Assembly (NCBI GenBank): GCA_002633005.1 | Contig: NMRA01000206.1 | Span: forward strand, 595,203-659,202 | Direction: 5' to 3' | Origin: Phoronis australis | Lineage: Eukaryota > Animalia > Phoronida | Length of the DNA: 64,000 nt | Shown: one piece after another, positions 49,796 through 63,504 of the stretch | Layout: every line of letters begins with the position of its first letter | How positions within the stretch are numbered: position 1 is the stretch's first letter | Made by a program: the position numbers and the translations under genes | The notes under the pieces: generated by a model | Databases searched by the model: none | Seen by the model: only the letters and a program-made list of their open reading frames with translations | Told to the model about the DNA's origin: nothing

Positions 49796-52129
49796 CTGTT
49801 TTTATTTGTTTGTTTGTTATGTCTCTCGGTGTTTTACTTCATGTCTGTACACCGGAAGAAAGAAGACTGTTCCAAAATTACCAACGTACCAGTATCAAGC
49901 TCGCTAACAAGAAGTCTAGTCGTTTCTTTAACGAAGTTTGCGTAAACGAAGGGCTACTACCGAACTATTCTGATACAATATAAAAACAATACAATAGACG
50001 AATTGCCCTCCCACGCTGTAAAACCTCTCTGAATTCCTCCGAAGATTTTTTTACGATTGTGCTGCATGCGGTTTCTGTAATACGTTTCATAGCAGCCCTT
50101 GTAGTTCAAGACAGGAATAGATAACGCATATTGCAAGAGCAATGTACACTCAATGAGTCAAGTTCCGTGGCTGAGAAGAGTACACCTGTTTATGATTATA
50201 TATACGTATGTTTACCTTGCCTTCAGGTGATCATTCGCCACGGGAGTATAGCGGCACACTGGCGCGTGATGCCGCTAGTCACGTTTTGTTAGGAGTTATG
50301 GCTTTATAGTTGAATTTATCTATTAAGAGTTGTTTTGGTAATTTGCCTACAACCGTGATTGAGCCAGACATAACGCTTCACACCATGGCGATGGTCACAA
50401 AAATTCAAGTCGCGCAATAGCGCAAGTTTATTTACACGTAATTTTGCTATGTTTGATAGGTACGTATTATTTTTTGGAGTACTGATCCGCTTCATTCCTC
50501 GTTTTATGAAACTCTGACCATGTTTAATTCGCCAATTAAACGCCCAATATAACTTGAATCCCTATTTCGTCATTTCCTGCCACGCACGCGTACATGTAGT
50601 CCTAACGGAGTGAGACCGGACGTACATGCAATACAAATTGAGTAAGGCCGGGCGTACACACAGTCCTATAATGGAGTTACTCCGGTTTAAGTGATACAGT
50701 AAACACTACTTCCTCTCTTAGCCCACAACAATAGTATATTGTAGTTCTTAATTCAATGTCGTGTCGAATATCCCACATGTCAATAACAACGCATTTTTAT
50801 GAATCTTGTGAATTCCAATGCAGCGTTACCTTGCGGAACTATGCATGCAGAAGCGTTGCAACGGAAAAAGAAACACGCTGAGCTTTTGGCAAACACGATA
50901 CAGGCAGCATACACGAACAATATCTGAGCAATTGAATATAATGATTCAAATGCTGTCTGTCAAAGGTCTTGCTCAATGTTGGGTTTACACTTTAAAGCCG
51001 GCTCGCATTGTCTAGTATCCGTTATACATTACTAATTTGGAACAAGTTGGTGGTTCGGTGGCGAGAAAACCGGATGACCAAGCTGGATCGGGAAGTTTTG
51101 AAGGAAAATTGATTGACATAGTGAAATACTGAGTGAAATAATGTAACCGTTGAGAAGTCTGGACAATTGCTACTTCTAACGACAGGCAATCTCCAACGAC
51201 ATTATTATCGTTAAATATATTCAAAACATGCATTTACTCCATGACTCGTGAGTACGCTGCTGAACATCATGTCAGACTTGTGAAATTTAGATGATTTACA
51301 AGTTCTTCATTTTGAAACTTGCGTCACCAAAACAACACTTAACGACAATAGTCATTCACAGTAGTGCCAGCTGTTGAACAACAGATCACCGTATCGCTAC
51401 TAAGCCTGGTGGCGAAATATTCAAAAGCGTCGGATAGGAAATAAAACGATCAAGATTTGCGCATAAGATTCGCGCAATAAGGCGGTGGCCGCATACATTT
51501 GTACATGTACATGTAAGTAACTAGTTCTGGAATTGAGGTCGTATATTTCTTAGTGTCCTGTGGTAAAGCGCCTATATAACCCGGGTGTTTCAGTTAAAGC
51601 AACACAATATTTGTTTTAAAATCGGAGTTAATTTTGGATATTTTTTAACTCACGAAGAAAGTTATCCGATACCATCTATACATCTCACTCGTAACCTATT
51701 CAATTTGGACGCTTTCGAGAGCGATTACGTATAATGCAAAAATGTTGTGCGCACTTTAATATTTTCTTCTTGTCATACACCTATTAACCTGAGCGCAGCA
51801 CAGTAATTAATAATTTATGTATCTCTGATGCTGCGCGTGTGACGAACCAAGGACGACAAAGCGCGCAAATTGACCTCTGAAATTCATCAAAAACAAATTT
51901 GCCGTTTGTTTCAAAACCGTCAAACCTGCGCACTAGTAGTTTATTACGGAAACTAATGTAAATTCCATCAGCCGGATACGTCATTATTTGTTTATCGTGG
52001 GTGTCGCTGACCCTGTTATCGTTTCAGCTACTACACGACGTCATCGTTACTGCACTCCTTCCCTATATACAATATTAGTTTCATACTCATCCAAAATGCC
52101 CTGTATAAATACATAGCAACTCGTCTTAC

Positions 52130-52540
52130 CTTTTCTGGCTTCTTCATTATCTCGTCTTTTAAGAGACCAGGCACTCCTGATGACTTTGTTTGTGATGGCG
52201 TGCCAGATACGGGCACTGGGTAGGGGCTAGGACCAGGCTTGTGTTTGTTTTTCCCGCGTAGCTGAGCGACTGTGTTCTGCATCACAACGTCTCGCAAAGA
52301 TATAACGGCATTGATGAGTCTTTCAGAGGGGTCTATGTTAATCAGAGTCACATCTTTTCGACCGTTGCGGTCTTTACACTCATCCGAGCTGGGAGCGTCG
52401 TAAAAGTCTTCCAACTGAATATCGTAACATCCGTCGGAGTCCTCCGAAGGCGCATAGTGGTGGGGTGCATAAGTTTCTTGTATCAGAGCGTGCATTAACT
52501 CGCTTTGAATTAACTGACTTTGTTGGCCGGCCTCAAACAT
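52130..52540 (-). CDS. Probable first coding exon of the Cys-less pLGIC (137-aa hydrophilic N-terminal extension)
   Basis: Longest non-TE ORF in the window. Ends at a strong phase-0 donor GAAAAG|gtaaga, giving KKPEK|VLVEIRVVFLK with exon 24095-24223. In-frame TAA at 52619-52621, first ATG at 52540. An alternative acceptor tacag| at 52605 is possible. Linkage spans 28 kb and two Ns. Confidence 0.65.
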
Positions 52541-53649
52541 GAGATGGTGAGCGATGATCAAGTTCGACTGAGAATTCCGGCTGATGGCACTGACTGCTGC
52601 AGACACTGTACACGTCTTTTACTGTACTATTTTTGTTGCGTATGTTGACCTGCGCATGCTCGAATTAGCCCATAATAGCTTCTCGATCACTAGCACTGTT
52701 CCGTTGAAATGTTGTCAGAGTCAGCTGATTCGTGGCCTAATGCTCTTAAGGATGACATGAAGCAAGTTAATGACCCTGGTGTTTCTTATTACTAGACAAC
52801 TTTAACACGTTAACTAAACATTTCTCTAATTCTAAGTGATATGTGCATCAACGTAGTCTTCGATCTTCTGATATCGTGATTCGGTCCAGAGATTTACCGC
52901 TGTTCTCACAACCGATGTAGGGTTGTGTTGCACACTGTTAATAGCTCGTTATTTCAAGCTCATTTAGTGTGAAGCCCATAATTTCACGTTATACCGACGC
53001 TGCAATATCTAAATGCATCTCATAGTCCGGAATTAGGCCATCTTAAGAACATAACGTAAGATATCCAAACTTGAGTAGTTTCACCTGTTTAATTATATGT
53101 CTATAGTTAACCGGGGCTAACGTAACATATATCCAGAACTCTTCGGAAGATACACGGAGAAATTTGTTAACGAGCCCGTACAGATTTCGTAACGATAACT
53201 CCGTTCACCATAACGATCTGTTCTAAATATGCCCCGGTGAACTGTGCTGATCGGCTACTGCACTCAAATGCACTTTTATGCCCAGTTCTGTACAGGCAGT
53301 GAGTGGGGGGGAGGGATTACGCAACTGTAATGCACGTTAAGTTATGTCTTGAAAGTTATGTGGGGCGTCTTGAAAAATTCCAATGGCTATGAACCTCGGA
53401 ACATAAAATTCCAGAAATGGTTGATCGGTTTCATATCACGTATCAGGTATCACGTTTCAAGCACTGTTCTCCATGACGCTGTTAGGAAGTGCTCTTAAAA
53501 TATTCTACTTATGCATTATGGGCTATCAAAAATGGGACTTTCACTAATTTTAATTGCATTAAAAAGAAAACGAAATAATAATTTTGAAAAGTATAACAGA
53601 ATTTGTGAGATTCCATCTTGAAGATTTATAACAAACCAAATTTGGTCAT

Positions 53650-55250
53650 GTTTTTTTCTTCTTTATGTTTGTTTGAGTACAACCATAATTTACATCAAAG
53701 TAACACGTAACGAGATAACAATCGTATAATACAGTTAGAAAAAACAACAAAGACAACAAATATGTCATTCACGCCACATGGAAACCTCACACTCGAACTG
53801 TGGTCAGATAGGAGACCTTTTAGCTAAAGAATGAAGACGACCTATTATAAAATTCAATAAATTTACGGTTTTTATAAAAAAAACTAATTTTTCAACTTTA
53901 AAATAATCTAGAATTTTTATTCTAGTCAATCTAAACTGGGGAGTAAATTCTTTAGACAGGATTCGTAGATTTTCCTACCATTTTGCCCTGGGGAAATATT
54001 TGAGTGGTTTTCCGCCTGCTTTCAGATTTTGATTTTTTTATAGTAACCGTTAATTAAGTGAGTGTAAGTCTTAAATTTAAATACTCAATAAATAAGACCT
54101 TTTTTTTCAAATCCTTAAAAGGGATTGAGGAAACATGACAAACTAACAAACACAATAATAATTAACAAGAAACAATTTTGTTATAGATTTTACAATTCCA
54201 TAAAACTCACAAAAGTTTTATCAGACAGAAATTCACCACCCTCTACAAGATCATATACCTAGATGACTCCTGTCTCATACCATCGTTTGAAACAAGTAAC
54301 ATTGCACCCAAAAGGAAATTGTGGGTTATACCATAACGGCTCAGACACAATACCACGTCTTTCGGATTTGATTTTGGAGATAACCTCACAGGCGTGTAGG
54401 AACACCTCCTTCCAAAAGAGGATACTTACCTTTTTTCGCAGGAAATATGAAAATGGAAATACCAAAGTGCAACAAATTGCGTGTCTTCAAAAATTGATTT
54501 AAAAAAACAAGTCGTTGCCACGATCTTTCTTTGTTAAGAATTATTTTTGGTCCATGAAAACTTTGAAGTCTTAAGGAAGGAAACAACACGTAATTACATT
54601 TTACAACCTTTAATTGAGAAATCCCGTACCATTTTTGTTATTTTATTCTATAAATCTTACCTTGCCAAATAACATCGAAAAATATTTTTCTATTTTTTAT
54701 TGTTTTCGATGATAGTGACGGGATAGAAATAAAATGAACAAATGATTTCAACACAGCTATTCTACCAAAAGTTGTTAAATGTCTTTTTGACCACACCATT
54801 AAATCAAAAGCTCCGTCTAAAATGTCCGAAACAGTTAAACTGAACTTTTGTCCTACTACAGAAAAATGAGATTTAGAACAAATAAGGTCAGTGTCTGGCT
54901 GTAAGCGATCGTGGCTGAAACGTTTACTATCAACCCAGACACAGATTTTTTTCTACACTGGATTTTAAACCAAAGTATTTAAAGAATTGGTCCGACAACT
55001 TCATTAGATTTTTTGGACTCGTCGGAGCCATCAAGTATCAAAATCGTATCATCAGCATATTGAGCAATTTTGCATTTCTGTACTGTCATATAATTTTATA
55101 CTTTTGCTTCCATCATTTAGTCGAAATCACAAGGCTAAAATTTTTGCCCTCAGGATGAATATCATACAGTGATATTGGTCACATTTGCGGCAATTTCGTC
55201 CCATAATGAAGTATTCTGAATAAGCACATGTTGTAAGACACAGAGCCTAG
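53650..55250 (-). mobile_element. Heavily decayed L1/Tx1-group LINE 3' half
   Basis: KIAQYADDTILILDGS (YADD at 55048-55059), WSKRHLTTFGRIAVLKS and EPLWYNP. Many stops and frameshifts. A-rich tail near 53650. Confidence 0.8.
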
Positions 55251-56487
55251 ATCCCTTATTTAAGCTTTGCCATGTTACTGATACCGTTGTGTTGGTATGA
55301 ATGTACTTTTCTTTTTTTGATAAACGTTTCTAAAACGACATAGTCACGTGACCCAATTATTGGCAGAGTGTTATTACCCTCCCTGTGTGCTGCTAGACGG
55401 TAGCCAGCGTGCTAGTTAGCACGCAGGGAACCAGGAAGGTTATTTCCGGGAGTTGTTGAAAAGGTCCTACATAAACTTTAATAATTCATGACTACATTTT
55501 TTTTTCGACGTGCACGGATCGCGACAGACGGAAGACGACAGTTTGAAATGTACAGTTTCAGGAACACACAATCAGTTTTCGATTTTCGGTATTAACTTTA
55601 GATACTCAATCAGTGTTCTGAAACAGCGCCATCTATACTGAAAAGTGGACCTACCTTTTGTAGCACTTTGAAAGATGGTATTTTCACCCCAGTTGACTAT
55701 TCTAACTGCGCTCTTGCCGCCTGTTGCAGATTCACAAAACTAAAGCGAAGCAATTTGTGAAGTATTATGTGAAAATATATTAAAGTTGCAAGAAGTACAC
55801 ACAAAAGTGAATGTAACCAGCTACATATCTAGCAGGGGCCAAAACAGGAAAGACACAGAGCAAAATAAACAAATAATTTAATTTATACATTTTCATCATA
55901 GGTAATTAATAACATTTCAATTTTTACTAACTTTTGGATTACATCTGAATTTCGGTGCGTTAAATACATTCCTTAGACTTGAATACAGTGTTCAAATACA
56001 TACAAAACGAAACTCGTCATCTATATTTTTTCTCAGAGCAAAATGGATAAAGCCGAAACTGTAGGTGAATATGAGTGCTTCGCCCAGACTCTAATTTATG
56101 ATTTTATAAACTGAGTCGTGTCATAGCGCAAATTAGATGGTAAATCCAATGCCAAATCACCCTCAAATAAAATCTAATTTGATGATAGTCTATGTATCAA
56201 GCGTTGTACTATTACTAATATCCGATTGTTATTCTTGCAAATAACAGTCCTTATAAGTTATGTAGGACTTTAGAAAAGTTCCAGTTTTGGCCAACTTCGG
56301 AACATCATATCTCAGAAATGGCTGATTGAATTCAAATGAAGTTTTCAGATGCAATGCTTTATATACTGTAAGCGGGGATACACATGTATTTAAATTAGTG
56401 TCATTTTGATGAAAAAGGTTTAAAGTTGCATAAAACGAAAGCGACAATATAATTTAGAAAACTGTAGCGGGGCTTTTGAGATTTTAT

Positions 56488-56650
56488 CTTGGCGGATCCA
56501 GGATTTTGAGTTAGGGGGGCCAGGGCAGAGTATTAGCCAGAATTTTGCCTGTCAGACATTCGCGGCACCCCCGTACTGCCAAATGGAATCTGGGAGAACT
56601 TTAGGTGAGGGGGGCATGGCCCCCTTGGCCCCCCATTAAATTCGCCACTG
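56488..56650. mobile_element. hAT-like MITE relic
   Basis: TGGCGGATCCAGG...GGGGGGCC at the left and GGCCCCCC...AATTCGCCACTG at the right (CAGTGGCG-type TIR). No clear TSD. Confidence 0.5.
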
Positions 56651-57389
56651 ATATAATTCGAAGTTTGATCCTGCTGGTTTGCTAAATGTCGATGAGGCAC
56701 TACATAACCATAATCATTTTTGTCACAGTCAACACCATGATGGAACCACACCATTCAAAAACATGACGGCACAGTGACAATCTAATTGCTGCACCCATGC
56801 AATCTTAGTACAAACATCCAGCTCGAATAGCATGTTATACACAGCTTTACGAAATCTTATATGAGGTAACGCGACCAGTTATAATCAATATTTTGTACAT
56901 ATTACGTCACGCTTGATAAACAATAGCAATCCATCACACTATCAAAAGACAGCACTGATGTTCGTTGAACTACCAACACCTAAAATTTGTTTGCGGAAGT
57001 CCTAGTGAATCTTTTCTATACATGTACACTCTTTGAAACCGCAAATTTCGGCACTATATCTCAGTATAGAGGAAAAAATATTTGATCAAAAAATTTCAAA
57101 AGCATTAGACAGCAGCAGGCGGTCACAAGCATATGTAGGTTTATTCAGTATCAATAATGTCTGTTGAGCTAGGGTTCAATTGACTTGAAACCATGGCAAT
57201 TTTGGTCTCAAACATTCACCGAGATATTTGTTGCAGGATAGCTTTGGCAAAGTTAATCGTCATGCCTCAATGCAAACAATATTTAAGTAAGATATTAATT
57301 TGTAACTTGTAATTTCTTAGCTGTCAACGCACATTCGGCTAGGTCATCTGCACCCAAGAGGAGCACACTTATTTAAGGGCTACCATTAT

Positions 57390-59280
57390 TCGCAAGCAGG
57401 CATCCTGTCTCGTACCCCGACAGTTGTTAAAAGCTCAGTTTGGCCTTCGTTAGATCTGACAGAGGATCTCAATAGGATGTACTCTGATTTTAACACACTC
57501 AATGTTTTGACATGCATTCCTATTGTTTTGGTGTCTTTAGCACAAAAAGTATGGGGATCATATCGAACGCTTTGGAGATCTTCACACAGCAGCAACAAAG
57601 TCTGCCTCTAGATTTTTTAATGTATTCTGAACTAATCCCTGTAAAATAAATATAGGACAAATGATCAAAAGCCCTTCCCAAAACGAGCTTGGTTCTCATA
57701 CAACAATTCGTTTTCCTCAGCCCAGGTTCTTAAACGATTATTGACATCTTTTGTAAATTTGTAAATAACTTCCTTACAACTGATAAAAGTAATATTTCAC
57801 TATAATTATTAACATCGTTTACTGAGCCTTGCTTAAAAAGTGGGCAGATGACAGTATCTCACCAGATCTGGGAAGTTCACTATTATACAGTAAAGAATTA
57901 AATATCTTAGTGTTCATAGAGGGGTTATAACATTACGGGTATCGTCAAACATTTCAAAAACCAGAGCATCTAAATATACAGCTTTACCATTAGAAGAATG
58001 CTTGATTTCTTTCAGCAGATCTTGCGAACATCCAAAGCAATCAATAGAATGCGCTTACATTTCCTCATTGATAGTCTCAAATAAACCGCTTTGACTGGAA
58101 TTGTCAGCCAAAAATACCAACTAAAAATAATCATTCAGCCGTTATGGGGTCGTTGAACAATTTTTGACTTATTACCAAGATACTATTGATCAATTTCCCA
58201 AAATTCCTTTGGATCATGTGCACTGGCAGTGGTGAACTTTATTCTATTCTGTTTGATATTAGCATTTAGTTTTCTGTTAAACCTGCTTTTAAAGTAAGAA
58301 CAACACCTTTTATTCAACTTTTCTGTTCTCCTATTTTGACAAAATCCTCTAAGCACTTGTTGCCGCGGATCTTTTGTTTTTCTAATTCAGGGTCCCACAA
58401 TGCAGGCTGAGAGATTTGATTCGTTTTCGTGTAATTCGTGTATTAACCATATTTGCAGCACTTGGCATAGTCTAAGTAAATCCACGACTAGCTGATTCAA
58501 TATAATTATTAGATTATTGATACTATCTAACGAGCTGTGCATAACATTGGACCCTTTATCTACGAAACCCTTGCACTCCTGCGATTTCCGTACAACCCGA
58601 CTACAACTGCTCCCTCTGGTGGCCACAGGGCAACCAGTCGTCAGTGTCGAACCTACTTCGAGACAATTAGCAAAAGAGCAACTTATTGGCAGGTTGTCCG
58701 ATTCATCCCAGGCATCAACAATAGGGTCTATAACATTATTTTGTAAATAGGTCAGCAGATATAAACACATAATCGACTATATATCACATCCGCACAGTGT
58801 AACATGTGAATTATCCTTCAACGTCACTCAGGAACCTGCCACTTGTACAGTGTAAGTCAAATTCAAAACATAGATGAATGAGTGGTTCACCTAGCTCATT
58901 ATATTTTGAAACTTTACTAGCCCTTGCGGGATTAAACGAATCTAATTCGTGACAATTGTTAGCTATAGAATCAGTAGAATCTATAACAATATTATAAGCT
59001 ATGGTGCCAGTTCTTGTGTTTAAATTTCCCGCAATTAGAAATGATTTAGCTCGAAGACTTCCAATGTATTCTCTGAGATTTACAATACCATTATCATCTA
59101 TACGATTACCATAGATGCGTACGCCCTGTGGCGGAATATAAACAAAAAATAGTGCGTCTTTATTAGAGGCAAACGATAATTTCTTACAAAGCAGAGTCAT
59201 CCTAAAGTCAAATTTTTGCTTAACTCGTTAACATAAGTATTCATGATATTACACCTCCAGGCTACTATGTTTGCTACAAT
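57390..59280 (-). mobile_element. Heavily decayed non-LTR retrotransposon (APE endonuclease and N-terminal RT)
   Basis: FVYIPPQG, LIAGNLNTRTG and NELGEPLIHLC (APE). Downstream ISKAFD and TVGVR correspond to degenerate DFxKAFD and GVRQG RT motifs. Multiple stops. Confidence 0.75.
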
Positions 59281-62200
59281 TAGCATAACAGACGCTAAAT
59301 GATTTGTACCGACGAAGCAACATTAGTATTCGTACAGCATTGAGGAGACACATGTACAATTGTAATTTCCTTTACACGAGAGTACGCGCATAGCTGCCAA
59401 ATGTCGCTTCAGACATGCGGGTAAGTCACGCTGTATTTGTCTCTAGGTAGGGTCGAAATCGAAACCAGACAATATTCAATTTAATATTTTGGGGAAGATT
59501 AGATTGTAAGATTTTGTCGAAATTATCATTAAAATTATTTCATAACGCCACATTTTACTCTGTTCAGGTGGCTAAAAATCGAACAAAGCCTTGTAAGGCT
59601 TGTACTCTCATAAAATCGCTCTGATAATATGTCTTAAATTGATAGGATTTTGTTTGCGTTTCGAACAAGTTCACTGGAACGATCAGCGACTCAAAAATGA
59701 TTTAGATTTTACCGGGTTTCGCCAACACTAAAAATGCGAATTCGAAGAAACCCCATGTAATCTAATCTCTCACCGCAGGTTGGGTTCATTGCAACAAGGC
59801 ACCGAGCAGAGTAAGACATTTTGAATTTGTTCCCGTTCATCTTGCTTTTATTTCCGCATACTACGGGAAGGATTCTGGATGGACCCTGCAATGTCTTATT
59901 AGAATCTTAAGGTTCTTTAAATTACCATTTATCTTGTTCTGACAAGTGACTACCCTTTTCAGCATCATCAAACCTTACTTTAGAGCACTGCATATTACAA
60001 TCGTTAATTATATATCTTCAAAATGAGAAAATACAAAGAATAGCGTCTTCGATAGAAAGTGTCTAAGCTCCACGGACATGAGTGTGACGTACAGACGTAC
60101 ATATACCCAGTGAGTACGTCAAGTCCACCAACACGCACGTTTCTTGTACAAACATGTGCCATATCCGCGCTTGTCCTATCTTCAGCGGGAAAGTGAAAAG
60201 AGCCACAGGTCCAAAAGTCGTGAACGCAAGCACTTAGACGGTTTGTTGGCGTACCCACCGATCTTTTTCAGTAACTTATGATGTGGTGTAGTAAACATGA
60301 TTAAATCCTCACAAATGCTCAACTGTACTCACAGCTAAAACTCGTTTTCAATCCATAGGCAGAGTTTATGGAAGAAAAGTGAAAAAGACGGCCATTTTTT
60401 TTCGAGGCACTAATGTCGTGACCGTGTCGCCCTCTTTCTTTTAGACGGGAAAACAGAATAAGGCCAATCAAAATTGTGTTTTTTGTAAACAACAATTTTA
60501 GAAAAGAGAAAAGACCATTTGTATTTGTGAATAATCAAGTTTTAATTAGGCCAAATCTGAACATTATTTGGTTATGAACAAATGTTTTGAAAATACGCAA
60601 AAATGCATTTAGTAAAATAAGCTATTTTAAGTATAATTTTTGAAAACAAACTCTCAACACTGTTTTGCTTCGCATTCTGAAGAGCTACGTGTCTCGGTAC
60701 TCTTTTGATAATAAAAGCAGAAGATTGCCGGTTCCACGCTAAGTGTCGCGAGACCTCGCAGAAGCAGAAACAAGATGATTCACGACTGGGGCCTGTCCGA
60801 CTTTAATGCCTTGGTTGGTACTACAAACTAAGGGAAAACGAGCAGCAATATCTTACTACTTTTCTCACTAAACACAATGAAGAATGACTAGTGCTGTGAG
60901 TGGTTGCCTCAATCACACTGTTTAACGACCAATAAATGCTCGTAACTAGAGATCGGCTAGTTCACGTGTCGTCAGCCGGTTGTCAGTTCTAATTCCCTTG
61001 ACAACTGGTGGTCAAGTGACGTTGCTTTTTGGTGTTTTTGATATGAAACTGGTGAATATAAGGTCTTTAAGCAACTTCACCAGATATGATATATTGGTTA
61101 ATGAGCTCAGTGCCGGATTAAGTTTACACGGGGCCACGATTGTTACATCACAATTTGTTTTCCCACGGCCTCCACGATTTTCCAGAAACAATGTCGACAA
61201 ACGCCCGTTGAAAAAACGTCGAAGGTTCTATCGCCGTGCAATTCGGGACCTTCATATTATCAGATGACATGTAACGTGACTAAATGTATTTCAAAAACAG
61301 TTACATCGAGAGCGCGCACGCATGTCTTGCGAGCAGTGAGAAGTTGGACGCACACACACGTATGCGAGGCAGCATCGTTTACATGAAATAGCTGGAGACG
61401 ATGCAGTAAGCGATAACTAATATAATCTCCGAACAGAATGCAATCCATTCTGCTCTGCATGCGATTATGCACAGCCAAATTGTTGTTGCATCGTGTGCGG
61501 TTGGATTTTAAATGAATCAGTAGTAATATCGCCCCACTTTCAGAACCGTGCATGTGAGTGTCTTGTTACTATCGCCTTCGGCAAATGTGAGCCTGAAAGT
61601 TTAGAATGCATTTTTATGGTTATAAAGAATTCCGTAAATTTCTGTCCGAAGCATTGTACACGTACCGTTTATCGCTGAGTATTCGGTAGAATAAATATCA
61701 AAGCGAAGGCTCTGATTAGAGTCTTGATAATTTGTAAGAAATGTACATATTCTGTTGAAATAAGATTTACTACTCCGAATATTTAAGATTTTAATAAAGT
61801 TCCTCAATATAAAATCGACTTTCATAGTTTTTTGTATATCAATTAAAAAATATTTGGTGTTGACTATTCTACATAGCCCTCTGGAAACTAGGTCTCAAGC
61901 TCATCGCGTGGATGTCGATAGATAGGTTTATCCACTGTTCACTTTGTTTTTCTTTCTTATGATAAACATTAATGGCAAGCATTTGCTGGTAACACGCTGA
62001 TGTGCGCCCAAGGTACGATATCCATGCGACCTGTACTGTCATGTCCAACAAAGACACAACAAGGAAAACAATAGAAGTGGTCTATAGGCGATAACCTTAC
62101 GACGCGCGTACGCCCGTGGCATGGATCTCGCAAATTAAAAAATACCTTGCATTCTCCATATGACGTCATGTGGTATGAGAATGTTTTATCTGGCTGATAT

Positions 62201-63504
62201 TTTTTTCTAAGCTATTACCAATATTGAACGAACCACTAATTTCACAAATGATGGATACACGACATGCGCGCACCCAGCCTTTAATATGGGGGGCTCGAAT
62301 TTCTGGCGATGTGAATCTTTTGCTGACAATAAAGCGGGAGGAGTAAAAAAACGGGGTACCACGTTCACTGTGCGTCTGTGCCTTTTTAGTGGATTATCGT
62401 CCCGTTTTCTCGGACTTTTTGTTTCTCTGAAGCTGACCTTTTTGCCCACTTCGCCAATTGGGAGGCTCATTCGAGCCTCCCGATCTCCCCTGGGTGCGCT
62501 CACATGCACGAATGTGTATGCGAACATGAATTTTATTTGAAGTGTTTTGTTCCTTATTTAGCATTAAAAACACGTGCTCGTCATGGTTTGTGTGTAAGTA
62601 GTGAGTAAGAAAGTTCCTGTTTAAATAACGGAAATAAGTGCTTAACACAGCAGATCTTTTTGTCTATTAATTTGCATGGTTTTTCAGTTTAATTCAAACC
62701 AACCCCTGATTAAATTTGTACAAAGAAGGGCCACGAGCAAGTATTTTCCTTTTCGTAAAACGCATAATGGAAATAAGGGCTTTCCATCGGAACAAGTTAC
62801 TATTTGAATGCTAGGCATAACTGTTGTCATTCTATCAATACAAAAATAAACATCATGAGCAATAACAATTTTGAACCAACAAAGCCTGTATATTGTTGCA
62901 AAACGAAAAGGTACAATTCAGTCTAAAAATTCAAATTATTGGTCAAAAATGAACTTTTTAATTCGACTTCCGGAGCAAATCCGGTTCATGCAAATTTATT
63001 CTTTTAAGTGGTACTCTTTCGGAAGCAAACAGAAATCTTTTTTAAAGCGTAATTTGTCTTAAATATTAGATTTTTGTACGACATTTTCCGAGCCCCATTT
63101 TGGGGCATTTTTAATTTCCTACCACTATTTAAGAAAACCCTACTTTTTAAATAGTTGAGTGCCACGTCTCCAGCCTCCTCGTGTCTACACTGTAGACAGC
63201 CCCAACACAGTTGTACTTTCCACCCACGTAAATAAACTCACCCTAGACTATCTCTCTTTAAAATATAACGTTGTTCACACTATACATAAACAAAAATGGC
63301 AATCTCTAAAATGAAGGTGCAGAACGAGAGCAAAGCAGTTAGCAACCGGGAACTTGTCATACGTCCCAGAAAATGTAATACACTGATCAAGTAATGAACT
63401 TTTTCTTAGAATGAGATTTTTGGCTGTTTGTCATAAATTCCTCTATTGAGGCAAATGAACATTCGTTTTTAAACTTAAAAGAACCTCCATAACCATCTTC
63501 CTGT

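Larger units (their letters stand above)
48806..49970 (+). mobile_element. Penelope-like retroelement fragment: GIY-YIG endonuclease 3' end plus pseudo-LTR, preceded by an inverted copy
   Basis: Plus strand across frameshifts: NVVYQFTC ... YRYIVHTVCSLSRRLSKH ... RLKILQSLLIGHEKPVLN (GIY-YIG), then an ORF start ...KLANKKSSRFFNEVCVNEGLLP. Inverted arms 48806-49218 and 49537-49939. The left arm reads RLKILESLLISHEKPVLN. Confidence 0.85.

Noticed and set aside
48720-49983. Pair of small divergent membrane-protein genes (MSRNIATVFICLFV...)
   Set aside because: They are the two arms of the Penelope-like inverted repeat. The hydrophobic start comes from a T-rich pseudo-LTR tract.
62460-62481. Perfect 9-bp GC-rich hairpin GGGAGGCTC-ATTC-GAGCCTCCC as a terminator or Helitron 3' end
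   Set aside because: No U-tract, eukaryotic context, and no CTRR followed by T at the expected distance.
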